A DNA stretch of 64,000 nt from Azolla caroliniana (lineage: Eukaryota; Plantae; Polypodiophyta). The position numbers and the translations under genes are program-made. Location: contig JBHGNT010000016.1 of NCBI GenBank assembly GCA_043228905.1, positions 2,790,001 through 2,854,000 on the forward strand, given 5' to 3'. The notes beneath the pieces were generated by a model, which worked only from the letters and a program-made list of their open reading frames with translations, ran no database searches and was not told where the DNA came from. This document shows, piece by piece, positions 26,621 through 40,014 of the stretch (the first letter of the stretch is position 1; each line of letters starts with the position of its first letter).

Positions 26621-29600
26621 CCTAATTAACCCCTCCAAATCTGTGATTAGCCCCACTAATCTCACATACATGCTCTCTAATCTGTGATTAACCCCGCTAA
26701 ATCTCACATGCATACACTAATCTTTGCTTTAGCCACTAATGACACCCACCTCCGGGTTGTGATTAAAGCCAACGGATTACAACTTCAGGGCGTGGTTAGT
26801 AAGTGGCCCCGCACTCATCGAATCTTTTACGGCTAATTACGTCTTCGGTCCCGGGGATCGGCCCCGTTGATTACACACCTTCGGCTTGACAGACGGACGA
26901 ACGAACCATCTCAAAACCTTATCCTCCTCCCCCCAACTCTTCAATCTATGGGCTTTGCCTAGGGTTGGGGAGTCTGAGAGAGTCAAGCCACCTTCTCGAG
27001 GGAAGTGGTTTGTGTTGTGTATAAACCTAGACAAAAAACAAAAAGACACGTAATTTGCGTGCACGAGAGAGGCGTTGGAGATGACCCAAAATGTGTGGGA
27101 TGGAATAAAACCTTAGAACCACACAAGTCAATCATTCAAACGTTTGCATTGTCGGTCCCAAACATGTTTGTCTTATGCACATATGTCCAAGTGGATGTGC
27201 CATTTGAGTGAGGTACATAGCATCATCATCCATACTCAGGTTCAACGGAGACCAATTGTGGTATCATCTATCATCGTCACATTTATTCTTAGATTATATG
27301 TCTGCACATACAACATATGTTTGTATGTGTATGGGTATGCACACATTTAAGCGTACATATGCACTTACATACAACCATTTGTGAGAAAAGAGTGTGCACA
27401 TTCATGTTTCACACGCGCATATATCTCTACAGGTAGGCGTTCACCTATACAAGCATACATGCATGCATATACGTTGTATACCTTCATATACAGTAGACAT
27501 TTGGTTAAGTGTGTGGCCACTTAAATGCACCATTCTATTAAGTGCGTTTTTTTTTTATAGAGGTCAAAATCCAGATCAAAAAGTTTGGATTGTTTCATGA
27601 CCAAATTAAATTAAACCAAATTGAAACTATGTTCCAAACATTCAGAAACAACAAAAGGAGTTTCTGTGTGTATGTGTATGTGTATGTCATGTGTTCTACG
27701 TGCACGTGTGTGTTTACGATTACGAGTATGTGTTTTTTATTCTTGATTGAAGAACATAAGCAAAGAAGGGCAAACAATTCTTGATGATGGTGAATAGTCA
27801 AGTTCGGTCATGAACGTGAACTCTATTGTCCTTCTCTTTCTGTGTGTGTCTGTGCCACGTGTGTGCGTGCTCTTTTCCTGCATGAAGAAAGCCTCTCTCC
27901 CTCCCTCTCTCTTTTTTTGCATCTTGTTCTTTCTCAAAGATGACAAAAGTTGCAGCCTGTGATTTGTCCATTGCTCCCTCGCTCTCTTTTCTTGTCTCCT
28001 CCATTTGCACTTCGATTCCTCAAACCTGCCGCCACTAGGAAGAAAATGCAAGAAAAAACTCATCGCATCCAAGGAAGTTCATTAGTTTTGTTGCATAATG
28101 GATGTATTCCTCAAATGTAGCACAACGGCGAAAACTAAACGTAATCTAGAATCGAGAAAGAAACTGAAGAGTATGTATGCTGAAACCATAAATATTTTAG
28201 GTCAATTATATCACGTAAATTGATCGCTTTTCTTATCAATAATTGTATGATTAGAGCATAGAAGGAAAATATTTCAAAAAACCCTAAAAATTTCCAAAAA
28301 CCCCTAAGTGCGAAATTCTTCCTTGTGTTCAAAGTGCACACTTAACCGAATGTCTATTGTATGTGCAAGGTGCAAAATAAATGCACCATCAAACATGATC
28401 AAGGCACGCGAGTGACTCTATCTCGGAACACACACTGACACATACTCAAAAACATTTCCACATGCACGAGTAATGAATTGTATGCATAGAGTATCAAAAC
28501 CAACATTGGAGGAAGCAAGCTCTTCCATTTGACCACCTCAAAGCCCAAGATAGAACTCTTAAGCTCCTTCTTAGACTTTATTGGTCGTAAAGTCAATAAA
28601 ATTATCTTGTGTTTTACGTTCTTGGCAACATCATTGTGCCAATAATACATGCTACATCTTTAAAACCATCTTAAGCATTATAATTCACCATTTTCCACAT
28701 TTTTGGGTTGGGGTGGGAAGATTTGCAACAATGAGATGGAATAAAATTGTGCAATCTCTACTTAGTCATGGGAGACAACAAGACTCTTGCCAAACCCATC
28801 AACCTTGCATAAAATCCCTTATTGTTGTTGTAAAATTGTGTTTCGATTTTAAGTCATTCATAAATTAGGTACGTGCTTCAATTATAATTCCCAACTCATG
28901 AAGATTATAACGTTACAATTCATTGATCTTAATTGTAACGCAGGAACATTTTTGTAGCCTTGATTGAGAGGTGTTACCTTTATTTCACAGATGCTTTGAG
29001 GGTGATGGGAAGGCTTTGGTGCACAATTACAATCCCTCATAAACATGGGCTATAGCAGGCATACTTTCTAACCATTTGTTATTTCCTCACTTCAAACCCC
29101 AGGGGGTGCCCACAACAAAGTGCGGATTCATGACTACAAGAACAGTAAAAAGATTTTATTGAAAACAAGCTTATATGCATATGTAATTGGATTCATGTTA
29201 TGGGCGACTCTTTCTAACTTGAGATGATGCAACATGGCAAGGTTAGAGCCAGAGCATGAATCTAGAATCGTGGGGAACATTGGATGCTTCTCTTTTTACA
29301 AAGTGGGGCTAGAAAAATAATGCAAATGGCATTGAATCTTGGCCTAGTGCCCTTTTTGGCAATTCTTTATGCACAATGTGAAGTGGGGGAAAAGAATGCA
29401 AGGTCTATTTTGGTACATATAGATGATGTGGGCTCTAGGATCTATACATTTTGGATACGTCTAATGGTATGCAAATTTGATTAAACAATGGTATTTCTAG
29501 ATTCTATGCTTTTGTCTTCTACTTCTATTGTTGTGGGTTAGTGGTAGTGGAGGTTGGTAACTATCGGTCTGTGAGTTGCCATCCTATTCACAAGAATACG

Positions 29601-31475
29601 AGGTTATATATTTGAAAACTTGTGCAAGTGGTTGGATATGTCTAAAAACTTGGTTGATGTGCCATGCACGCAACATTGACTGAAAAGGCTACGAAGTTTA
29701 CACACATGCAAGGCAATACCAAGGAAGACCTTATGGCAAATATCTAATTAATAATACGTGCTCAATAACAACGGAGACATTATAATATGTAATGCCAAGG
29801 TAAGTACTATAGTTAATGGCAACAATGATATTTCAAACTATAATAAGATAGGCACAAGGCTTCAATTAACTTGAGAATTCAAATGTTAATGACATGGATT
29901 CGAAACATTTTGTCGAAATGCATTTCGACAATTTAGTGTACGGAATATAAAGCCAAAGTTTAGATTTGTTCAAACTTGGCTTCGGGTTGTCAATTCTATA
30001 TTGAAAACCAACATTTGATTGCATGCAACTCATGGTCACGTGGCATTCCATATGGCTATTTTATTCCTACCCTCCCTCTCAAGGTTTAGGCCTCACCCAA
30101 GCTTCGTCTGCAATGCTTTCACACTATAGGCTTCATTAAAAATGTTCCCATAACATCCAAATGAAATGTAACTTATAACGAGTTGGTGGCCCACTCATAT
30201 TTTGTGGCATTTGATTCCATAATATCCTCCTTTGCCGGCCTTTGTTTTTGGTTTTCAAGAAATATATAGTCTATACCAATTTGAGTTTTGATTCTCTTTC
30301 CTCGAATTTTTTATAAAGAGACATTTTTAATCGATGAACTCACTCAAGAGAACAATTGCAAACCAAAATGAGAAAATAGTAGGTGTACCATCCACATATA
30401 TTGTTATTATTATACAACATGTTTCTATGTATCCTCTTGGCCAATGCACTTTGTATGTACATATAGGGTTGGTTCTAGACCATTCTCCGTCCTCAAAACA
30501 CTATTGCCCACATGGAGGCTTATGATTTTGCGAGTTCATTAATTAGGAGCAAAATGGTAATGTACATGATTATAAACTAAATTGATGAAGAAATACTATG
30601 ATGAATCGAAACATCAAATCCCTTGGGTCAATCTTTGTTGACAAACAATATTATGGTAATGCTTTTAATAATAATTTAGATAGTGGAAAAGAGGCCATCT
30701 CCATCAATAAACAATCTAGCAATAGAAAATCTAAGATATTGCAAGTATTTCAATCATATATACATCAAAGGATGTTAACGTGTCGATTAGCTCTTTATGT
30801 TTCTTGAAGTGCATCAAGTCCTTTGCTTGTGACTCTTAGTTACTATGCACGAGCTTTAAAATTACAACATCATTTTTATAGATATAATATTTGGAATCTC
30901 AACAATGTAACCTTTAATGTATAAGTAGACAAAGACAATGCTTTGACATAGTGCATGTAATGTCTTGTTTTCAACCTCTTGATTGATTTATAAAGTTAGG
31001 CAAACTCTTACATGTGTAAAAATCCAAACAAAAAATACAAAGTATTTTGGAATGATGCAGTATCAAACTTATTAATATAGACATGTGTTTTTAGGACCTT
31101 GAATCATATTGTTGTAATATAATGAGTCTAAACAATGATATCTAAAGGCAATGCTTTCACATTTCACTTTAGCACATTAACATTGATGTCTTTTTCAATT
31201 TCTAACTCTCAAGAATGTACAATGCATTATATGACGTGACATTGGACATTCCCTTATGATTTGGCCACAACAACCTTGTTTTGTCATCCGAAACTCCAAT
31301 CTTAATCACTCTGGAGTATAACATTTGGCCTAGATGACACCACAATGATGTGAGGTTGACACCTCAACATCATTGCGTTGCCACCATCACAAATAGATTT
31401 GATTTGCTCAAGCCAATGCTCTCTAGGGAGACACTGTCATAAAGCACTGATGACCCAATACACTAATGTGTTGTA

Positions 31476-32364
31476 TGTTGGGAATATGTCCCTCCAGTGG
31501 GAGGATGATCCGAATGTTCGGAAAGTCGACAATCGAAGAGTCGGAAAACAGGAGCCGAGTTGATGAGGAACTCGGCCTCAGCCGAAACCGGAATCGTGTA
31601 AATAGCCAACTCGAGAGACTATATTTGTAAATAGTCTTAGTGTGCGCCCCATGAGGGCTACGTATGTAAATAACCAGAAAGTTGCGTAAGTATATAAATG
31701 CAACTAGGGCAAACATGTTGTATGTGAGATGTAGGAACAGAAGTAGTCGAAAACTCTGTGCAAGAGTGAGAGTGAGAGAGAAGTGTGAGCCGCGCCATAG
31801 TTGTGTGAGTAACAGCAGACACGAAGAGCCCTGTGTGGTTGATACACTCGACAGAGTGTTGTATTCCTCTCAGTGTTGTATATCCACTTCGTATAGTGAA
31901 TAAATCTATTCACCCGTGGTTTTCCTGTTTTAGGGTTTCCGTGTAAATCTCTGTGTACATTTGTTTATCTTGTTTTTTTTGTGTATTCGTATTTCAACGT
32001 TGTCTGTCTATTGTGATTTAAATTCCGCAACGATTTCTCAACAAATTGGTACTAGAGCTTGAGGTGCAAGCATGGAAGGAGGTGTTAGCGGTTTCCTAGG
32101 TATGATAGTTTTGAACTCATAGAACTATGCAGACTGGAAGATAAAGATGGAAGACCTTCTCATAGTGAAAGATCTGTACGAGCTAGTCGACAGAGCAGAA
32201 ATACCCAAGGGGGTATTGGAGTCACACTGGAAGCTTCTGAATAGAAAGGCGGTGGCCACTATCCGACAATGTGTCGATGTAAGTGTCCTTTAGCATGTGG
32301 CAAACGACAGGAATGCCCACGAGATGTGGCAGAAGTTGTCGGGTCTGTACGAAAGGAAGAACGT
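31476..32364 (+). mobile_element. Ty1/copia element A, 5' part only: 5' LTR 31476-32043, degenerate tRNA-iMet PBS 32047-32058, pseudogenised gag start; interrupted by element B
   Basis: TGTTGGGA..TCAACA termini and PBS TGGTACTAGAGC. The frame from ATG 32072 reads MEGGVSGFLGMIVLNS*NYADWKIKMEDLL..LYERKN, homologous to copia F/G gag with in-frame stops, and is cut at 32364. Confidence 0.85.
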
Positions 32365-35201
32365 TGTCGTGAAGATTCCGGGCCATGGTGAGAAACCGGG
32401 GAATATCGGAAGAATCAGTGGAGTGCATCATGTGCACTCACCCTTGTATAAACGTGTGAATAATAGGGGTGCCTTTATGGCACCGAGTGGGAGTCAAGTC
32501 GGGACAAAGAATCTCATGTAAATCGGGATTTATCCCACATTGTAACGCATCCCTCTCCTTGTTCTATAAAAGGAAGGGATGGTCCCTTGTAGAGGGGTTG
32601 CCCATTTTGAGTTAGGAGGGTATACCGTTAGATTTAGGGTTAGGTAGTTTCTTTCTTCTTCTTCTTCTTCTTCGTTGTCGTGTGGGTTGAGAGTTCGTGT
32701 CTGTTTAGGGTTTGCTTCTGCTCGGTCCCGTGTGCAAGACCCCACTCGACGCGACGAGCCCGAGAGCTCCCCGATCGGCGGCTTGGTAGAGGACTACCGT
32801 TGCAACCTACCCTACCTTGGTCCGGCTCGAAGCCGGGGTTGTCTCTTCCATTGTAATATATATATATATATATATATAATATGTTTGGTTGTGCACATCC
32901 ACGTCTCTGGTAGTGTTGGATGTTTCCACCCCTTTTGTTTCTTGTACATAGGAGGTGTTGCGCGTGTGGTCTCTCTCGTGTTCGGTAGCCGCCGGTACGC
33001 GTCTGGAATCGCTCTGGTTTGCGCCACAACCAGTGCAGCCGGGACTGGAGAGAAGTTGGCTTCTCGACACCCATCTCTTCCTTGTCCGAGACCCCCGTGG
33101 TCCCGCCCCTTCCTACACGTACCCGCGGAATACCGCGACATATTTGGTGAACCCGACGTGAAGGGCAGCGAGGGAGAATGGAGTTGGAAGAAGACGACTT
33201 CACGCAACTTTTTGTCGAAGCGGTGAGGGAGTTTGGACGAGCAACAACAACAAGGGAGACGACGCAACAAGCTGTTGAGCGAGTGGTCGAAGGAGTCGGT
33301 CATTTCAACGGGGACAAAGTCCCATTCTACTTGGAAGCCTACAACGCGGAAATGGAGGAGTGAGACGTAGACGAGGTGTTGAGGCTAGAGTTCTTCTGTC
33401 GGGTCGTCACCGTTTGCATGCACACAGAAGTGAAGGAGCTCCAAGAAGCTCATAGTTCGTGGGAGGCCTTCGAAGAGGCGCTCCTGCAGGCATATGGAGG
33501 ACGACGGAAGAGGCGGGGACAACGCGGCTTCAACCAGTGGGTGGCATCAACGAAGACCCACTGAGGCGCAACGAAGGCGTTCTGAGAGTTCGAGCGACGA
33601 CTTGCTCGGCTCCCGGAGCGGGAACAAGGTTTGGTGGGGATAGACAAAGTCATGTTGTTCGTTAAGTCAATCGACCGAGTGGAATGGGAGGCCATCGGGA
33701 TTGAGCTCGAAGATGAGGACGGAGCGAATGGCCTTATAGAGGACTAGTTGAAGGTCGGAAGGGTATGCCAACGGCTAGATGAAGAGCGAGCTGAGAAGGC
33801 TAGGAGGAAGGTGTGTGACGGCGTGCCATCACAGCGGGAAGAGGCCGAACGACAAAGAGAGTCAGCAAGGCTCGGCTTCGGGGCCAGGATTGCGGAGGCG
33901 TATGCAACTCTCAAGGCAATGCTCGACGAAGAGGAAAGATCGAGGCCGCAAGCCGACGCCGAGGAGACGGACTTGCCCCACGAGATGGCGGAAGATCGGT
34001 ACGACGGTACCACGGGAGAGGGTGCGGAACAAAACGCCCTCTCGGCTTGCGAAGATAGAACGGCCAAGGACAAGGCCGAGATACCGATCGTAGAATCGGA
34101 ACGTTGGGACTAGCGGTTTCGGGCACGTCAGCCCGAAACTCCGGACATTGGAGAAGCAAGGCCATGCGGGGCTTGCATGATCGGTAAGAAGACGACCACC
34201 AACCACGAGGAGCCGGTGGCTACGGACAAGGGCGTAAATAGGATGGGCGATTCTGCTCGTCTTCCGACACTTGCTCCCGAGACAATGGAAGTCGGGCCCG
34301 GGTGCCCACGTGAGTCCCAAGAGGAGGAAGGTGACGGCGAGAGACCGAGAATCATCGGCTAGACGATACGGGGAAGGAACGGACAAGAGCCCTCGGAACC
34401 GATTCCGGAGAACTCGGCATTCGGGCCCTTACACCCACGTGAGACCGAGGAGATGGATGACAGTATTGAGGAGTCCTTGCACGATGCCAACGAAGAGGGA
34501 TGGGAAATGGCCCGCGAGAAGGTCGATGAAGAATCCAAGAAACGACCCGACCGGAGACCGAACCGCGCGACGCTCCAATTCGGGTGGAGTGCGATCCAGT
34601 CGTGGATTGTTCGACTGGGGCCAGAATCGGCATGAAGGTGCCGATATGGGGGAGGGTGCGGAACGAGCCACCCTCTTTTACATGGGGAGAAAGACCGACC
34701 AGGCGAAGGTCGGGAAACGAAAGGGAAATGATGGAGGGTGCGGAATGAGTCCAGCAGGATCGGCATCGGAGCCGAAACTCCGGACATTGGAGAATCGAGC
34801 CCAGGTGGGGCTTGATCAATCATAGAGCGGATGCTTTCCACCGACACCACTAACAGGGTCGGTGGCCCGGATGAGTCATCGGGAGTCGTTACGAAATCGG
34901 TGTCCCCACATCTTGACCGGAGACTTCGGCAGTTCGGTCGGCGTGGCAACGTGAGACCGAAAGAGATGGAAGATGGAGGCGGGAACGCAGCAAGGAGAGT
35001 GACGACGAATCCGGTAAAAGTACAAGGGACGAAGAGGAGAGCGAAGACCGGTCCTATGGGTCACCTCACACTGGGCTAGAGACTTCGACGGTCGGCACCA
35101 GGTTCGACGTAAGACCAAGATACTGATGGTGGCGGCATGAGAATGAGACTCGACAATCCAGAGAATGACGGACGGACCTGGACGAGAACTAGGCGGAGCG
35201 G
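32365..35201 (+). mobile_element. Ty3/gypsy-type element B, 5' part only: 5' LTR 32365-33140, tRNA-Trp PBS 33145-33162, degenerate gag; interrupted by element C
   Basis: LTR TGTCGTGAAGA..CGCGACA has the same termini as D/E. PBS is TGGTGAACCCGACGTGAA. The gag remnant from 33178 ('VGHFNGDKVPFYLEAY', 'VMLFVKSID') resembles D/E gag, with several stops. Confidence 0.8.
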
Positions 35202-35850
35202 TGTCGCGTTGTTACGTGCGTGCATGGAGAACGAGGCGGGACCACGGGGGCCTTGGACCGAGAAATAACCGAATGAGAAGAGGGGAAGGAAACTACCGAT
35301 ATACTTCACATGCGCACATACACACAGATTCACAGGAGTTGCAACTAACTCTGAACAATGGAGACAAAACGAATGTATATGTATATTCAAATCAAGGAGT
35401 TACAACCGGCAAGCCGGCGAGTGATAGGCTCCGACGCTTGCACACATGCACACGCACACACACACACATCGCGAGATGGAGACTCTGCCGGAAGCACTCG
35501 GGCGTTCTACGGAGCAGAGTCAGCCTCCCGAAAACCTGCACAAAACGACTATGGAGAAGACAGAGGAGAAGAGCTTGGTTCCAGTCTGACAACACTTCGT
35601 CCTCCACAAAACGCAACCCCTTTACAATACCTCTCCCTCTCCTTTATAGCCCAAGGAGGGAGGCCGTTACCACCCGTTACATCATGTTACGCCTCGATTT
35701 TCTCCCCAATGAATGCGTGCTACCTAGGATTTCACCTCAGCTGACTTGTACCTATCTACTTACTATACAACAAAACTTGTGCCCACGTGTAAGGCCCGGT
35801 TTATGCACGTTATACCCGGTTTCCGCCTAGGAACGGTTTTCTCCACGACA
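35202..35850 (-). repeat. 3' LTR of gypsy element C
   Basis: The reverse complement begins TGTCGTGGAGAAAACCGT and ends ..CCCCCGTGGTCCCGCCTCG..CGCGACA, preceded by the PPT AGGTGGGGGCGGA. Confidence 0.88.
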
Positions 35851-36711
35851 TCCGCCCCCACCTAACCGTTGTCGTGAAGAAAACCGTCCATAGGCGGAAT
35901 CGGCGCACCAAGGCGTGGGAACCGGTTCTTCACGCGCGCACACTCCAAGTTGTACATAGAAGCGAATTAGGAGGATAATCAGCAGGAACGGGCCCTAACA
36001 CAAGTGGAGACAAAGACCGCGCGAACAGTCTTTTCGGTCGCGCGCGCGAGCGAAGGAACGGTACGAGTCGGCGGCGTAACTACGCGGATGCGTGAAGGGC
36101 GGAGCGGATCCCTGTCCAAAAGGGACAGGGAATAAAGCTGACATGACGGCCTGCTCGTCGGCCTATATAAGGAGCAGGAAAGAGCTGTTGCAGGCATCTC
36201 GCGCAGAGAGGACGAAGTGCTGTCGGACCGTTTCTGGACGCTTCTCTCTCTGTTTCCTTCCTTCTTGAGCTCCATAGCTTTCTGTGCAGGGTTCCGAGGA
36301 GGTTCGCGTTGTTTTCGAGGAACGCCCGAGTGCTTCCGGCAGCACCTCCGACCTGCTACCCCTCCCCTTTGTGCGTCGAAGCGAACAGGCATCGGCATCT
36401 GTTCGCCGGCCTGTTCGGTTGTAGACAACCTGTGCCCCATCGAGGGTTGTAGTCGTGTTAGCCATTTTTGTTAATATACATATTTAGTCATTCGCATCTG
36501 TCTGTGTCGGTGTCTGTTCGTGTTCTCCGTGCTGAAGGGCCGTGTCCCTGTGTATTCCCGGTCCTGCGTAGCCGCTTCTCTCTCCTTCTCCTCCCCCGCT
36601 TGCTCTTTGGTTCGAGACCCCCGCGGTCCCGCCTCGTTTCCACACGCACTTGCGTAATATCTCGACATCTTTGGTGAACCCGACGTGAAAGAGGCGGCAG
36701 AAGAGCAGAAG

Positions 36712-38838
36712 ATGAGGGGGTCGGATCTTGCAGAGGCCATGGCTTCGGCCGTGGACCGGATTGTAAACGCGCGCGAGGGCACCGGTGCCCTCGATAGAGC
36801 CATTGAGGCGGTCGTCGGCACGATCGGCCGGTTCGATGGGAAGGATGCCACGAAGTATTTGGCGTCCTACGGTGCAGAGATGCTGATGCGGGACATTCCG
36901 GAAGAAAGGCGTCTTGCCGGATTTCCCCGAGTGGGGATGCCGAGCATCCATGCGGAGGTGCTCGAGGTGCGGGCGGAGAGCCGTACCTGGGAGGAGTTCG
37001 AAGGTCGGCTCCTAGAGAAATACGGGCTGGACGACGCGCTCCGGCTTTCGAAGCGAAGGTTCATGGAATGGGTGGAGTCCCCGGGGAAGGGAAGAAACGC
37101 GTCGGCACTCCTCCGGGAGTTCGAGGAAAACTTTGCGCGCCTTTCGGCGCTCGACCGAACCATCCTGGACACGAGCCGGGTCTTGCTGTTTGTCAAGTCG
37201 GTCGACGAGCGGGATCGGGAGCAAGTGGGCCTCTTGCTGGAAACCGAAGACGGGCTCACTACCGACTGGGCGGCTGTCAAGAAGGTCTGTGGCCGTTTCG
37301 ACAAACGGCGAGAATGGGCGGATAACGGGGAAACCGGGTCGGGCTCGGTCGCAGCAAGGAAGCTCGAACCAGCGCCACAGGTGCGAAAGGAAGAGACCCG
37401 AGAGTGGTTGGAAACCGGTTAGGCTTCGACCGGCGTAGTCAGAGGCTCAACCGGAGGAGCGGCGCTGGAGGAATTGACGAAGGCGATAAAGGACCTCCAA
37501 ATCGCGCAGGCCCGAAGGGAAGGAGGCGAACCGGCTCGTGACCGACGGCCGGCGGCAGGAAACAGGTGCATGTGGTGCGATGAAGTCGGCCACATTCGGA
37601 AGGACTGCGGCGACTTCGCGGAGGCGCTGAGGAACAGGGTGGTGTACCTGTGGGAAGGACGGGTGCATGCCAGCGACACCCGAAGGGCCCTGAGCCGAAA
37701 CGACGGGCGAGGTGGTATGAAAGGGTTGATGGAAGAGGCGGCGGCCCGACACGCGGAAACCGTCCACTACTCGGCGTCGGCCGGCATTCGAGTCGGGGGC
37801 GGCGAGGCCCGAAGGGAAAGCAAAGCCGGATTCTGGCCGACGATGCTGGAAGGCCTTGCCGGTGCAAGGTTTAAAAGGGAGGAATCGGACCGTGCGGAGA
37901 AACGGGTACGGGAGATGACCGGGTGGAGCGACCCGGTCGAGGAAAGGACGGGCTTCGTGGAAGCCGCTTGCCAAAACTACGAGGCTCTGGTAGAAGAGAA
38001 GCGGGTGGGGAAACCCGGGACGTCCGGGCCCTCACAACGATACGAGACCCGGTCCGGGCCACGACGGGACGAAGCCGGTGGGGCCGGTACGCAAGATAAA
38101 CCCCAGAAGGGTGGGTACCGTCTGGGGACGGAGATAGAAAGGACCACGGACTTACGAAAGGTCCTGGAGGAACGGATCCTCGACAGCAAGGTGGAGCTGT
38201 CGTTACGAGAGGTGCTGGGAATCGCCAAGAAGGAGTTCCACGACTCCATCGTGGACTTGGTGAAACGGAAGAGGCTGTCAACGGAGACAGAACCGGAAAG
38301 ACCGGTGGAAGTGCGGACGACGCACCTAGACGACATGGCACTGGGAGACGAGTGGGCGGAAAGCCACTATTCGAGACCACACTGGGCCCGAGCGACCACG
38401 GAAACCCCGGTGAAGATCGGCGATGTCCAGGAACCGGTGATAGCTTTGGTGGACCACGGATCGGAGATCAATTTGATGTCCATGGACTTCTATAAGAAGG
38501 GCAAATGGCCGATCAACACCAAGCACGGGTGGAAAATAAGGGCAGCAACGCGCGCCACCGAGGAACTGCACGGGGCCTGTCCGAATGTGCGAGTCAAGAT
38601 CGGCGACGTCGAGATTGACCAGCACTTCTTCGTGCAGGAGACGTCTTCGCATCCGGTCATACTGGGAGAGCCGTACATCACGGCGGCGCGAATGGAGACC
38701 AAGGTGCTGGACAATGGTTCGGCCTACGCGAGGGTCAAAAGCCAAGACGGGCGCCATTCGGTCCAGTTTTTGACGGTACGGCCGAACCACGAACGTAACC
38801 GCGACTCCCTCGGTTCCGAAAACCGAGAGGATTTTTAG
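36712..38838 (+). pseudogene. Gag-protease of element D with one premature stop
   Basis: Collinear with E Gag-PR, with TAG at 37420-37422 where E has TCG. Zinc knuckle CMWCDEVGHIRKDC and protease ALVDHGSEINL. Confidence 0.9.
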
Positions 38839-40014
38839 AGAGGACTGCCAAGGCGTGGGGCCGCGACAGTCCGGATGCTCCGGGAAAACCCCACATCTGT
38901 ACGATAAAACCGTGTACAATAGGTAGGAAATTTTGCTTCTCCGACAGCGGAGCATGTACGATGGTCGGCATCGCCGGCCGAGAGAAAACAAAGACAGAGG
39001 GGAGACTTCGAGCGTGCGGAGTTCTCGGCCCTGACGAAGAAATCAGTGGCGCCGTGGAGGCGGTCTCCTTCGACGACACCTTGGGAATGCTGGGGAAGGT
39101 AGTCGAAGAAGACCTTAACGAAGACCGGACGATACCGGTATGTTTCGAAGAAATGTACGAAGTCATCGCGGACTTTGGTCGGGGGCTCGAGTCGGATCGG
39201 ACGGCCCGAGTAAGCACCAGGTACAAGACTGTGGACCGGAAGGTAAGGCCAGTCGCGGTACCGTTACCGGAGGGCAGCGAGTCGCGAATCAAAGGGGTTG
39301 CATCGGACCCCAGCTTACGAGATCTGGCCTGTATAGGACACACCTTCACCAACGAGACGCTCCGGGAGCTCAAAATCGGTGGGGGTGGGTTCCTACTACC
39401 GGCGGAGGAAGACCGGTTTCGGAGAATGCTCGGAAGGCACGGGAAAGCCTTCGCATTCTCACCGGAGGAAATCGGGTGCGTAAACCCGACGATCGTAGAG
39501 CCGATGGTGATATTCACGGTACCGCATGTACCGTGGAATCTCAAGCCAATTCCGGTTCCGAGAGCTCACATCCCGAAGTTGATGGAGCTGTTGAAGCAGA
39601 AAGTTGATATGGGCATTCTCGAGCCGTCGAGCGCCCCGTATTCAAACCGATGGTTTACCGTACCAAAGAAAAACGGATCATTGCGCTTCATTCAGGACCT
39701 GCAACCGGTCAATAGGGTGACCATTCGGAACGCAGGGATTGGACCGACCATAGACGAGTTCGCGGAGGCCTTCGCCGGAAGGTCGATTTACTCGGTCGGT
39801 GATCTATACTCAGGGTACGACCAGTTCCAGCTAGCCGTGGAGAGCAGAGACATTACGACGATGCGAACTCCCCTCGGCCTAGTGCGGATGTGTACGCTGC
39901 CGCAAGGAGGGACCAACTCGGTGGCCCACATGGTGAATGCGATGAACAAGGTTCTGAGGGACTGCATCTCGGACATCACCATACCGTTTCTGGACGACAT
40001 CCCGATCAAGGGAT

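Noticed and set aside
28100-31400. AT-rich region with a faint transposase/SWIM-like hint (~29620-29680)
   Set aside because: No continuous ORF, termini or TSD identifiable; left unannotated.
35979-36440. 150-aa antisense ORF recurring in the gypsy LTRs (also 47820, 50599, 57116)
   Set aside because: Recurrence reflects LTR identity; the frame is altered by indels between D and E, and no counterpart is evident in B or C.
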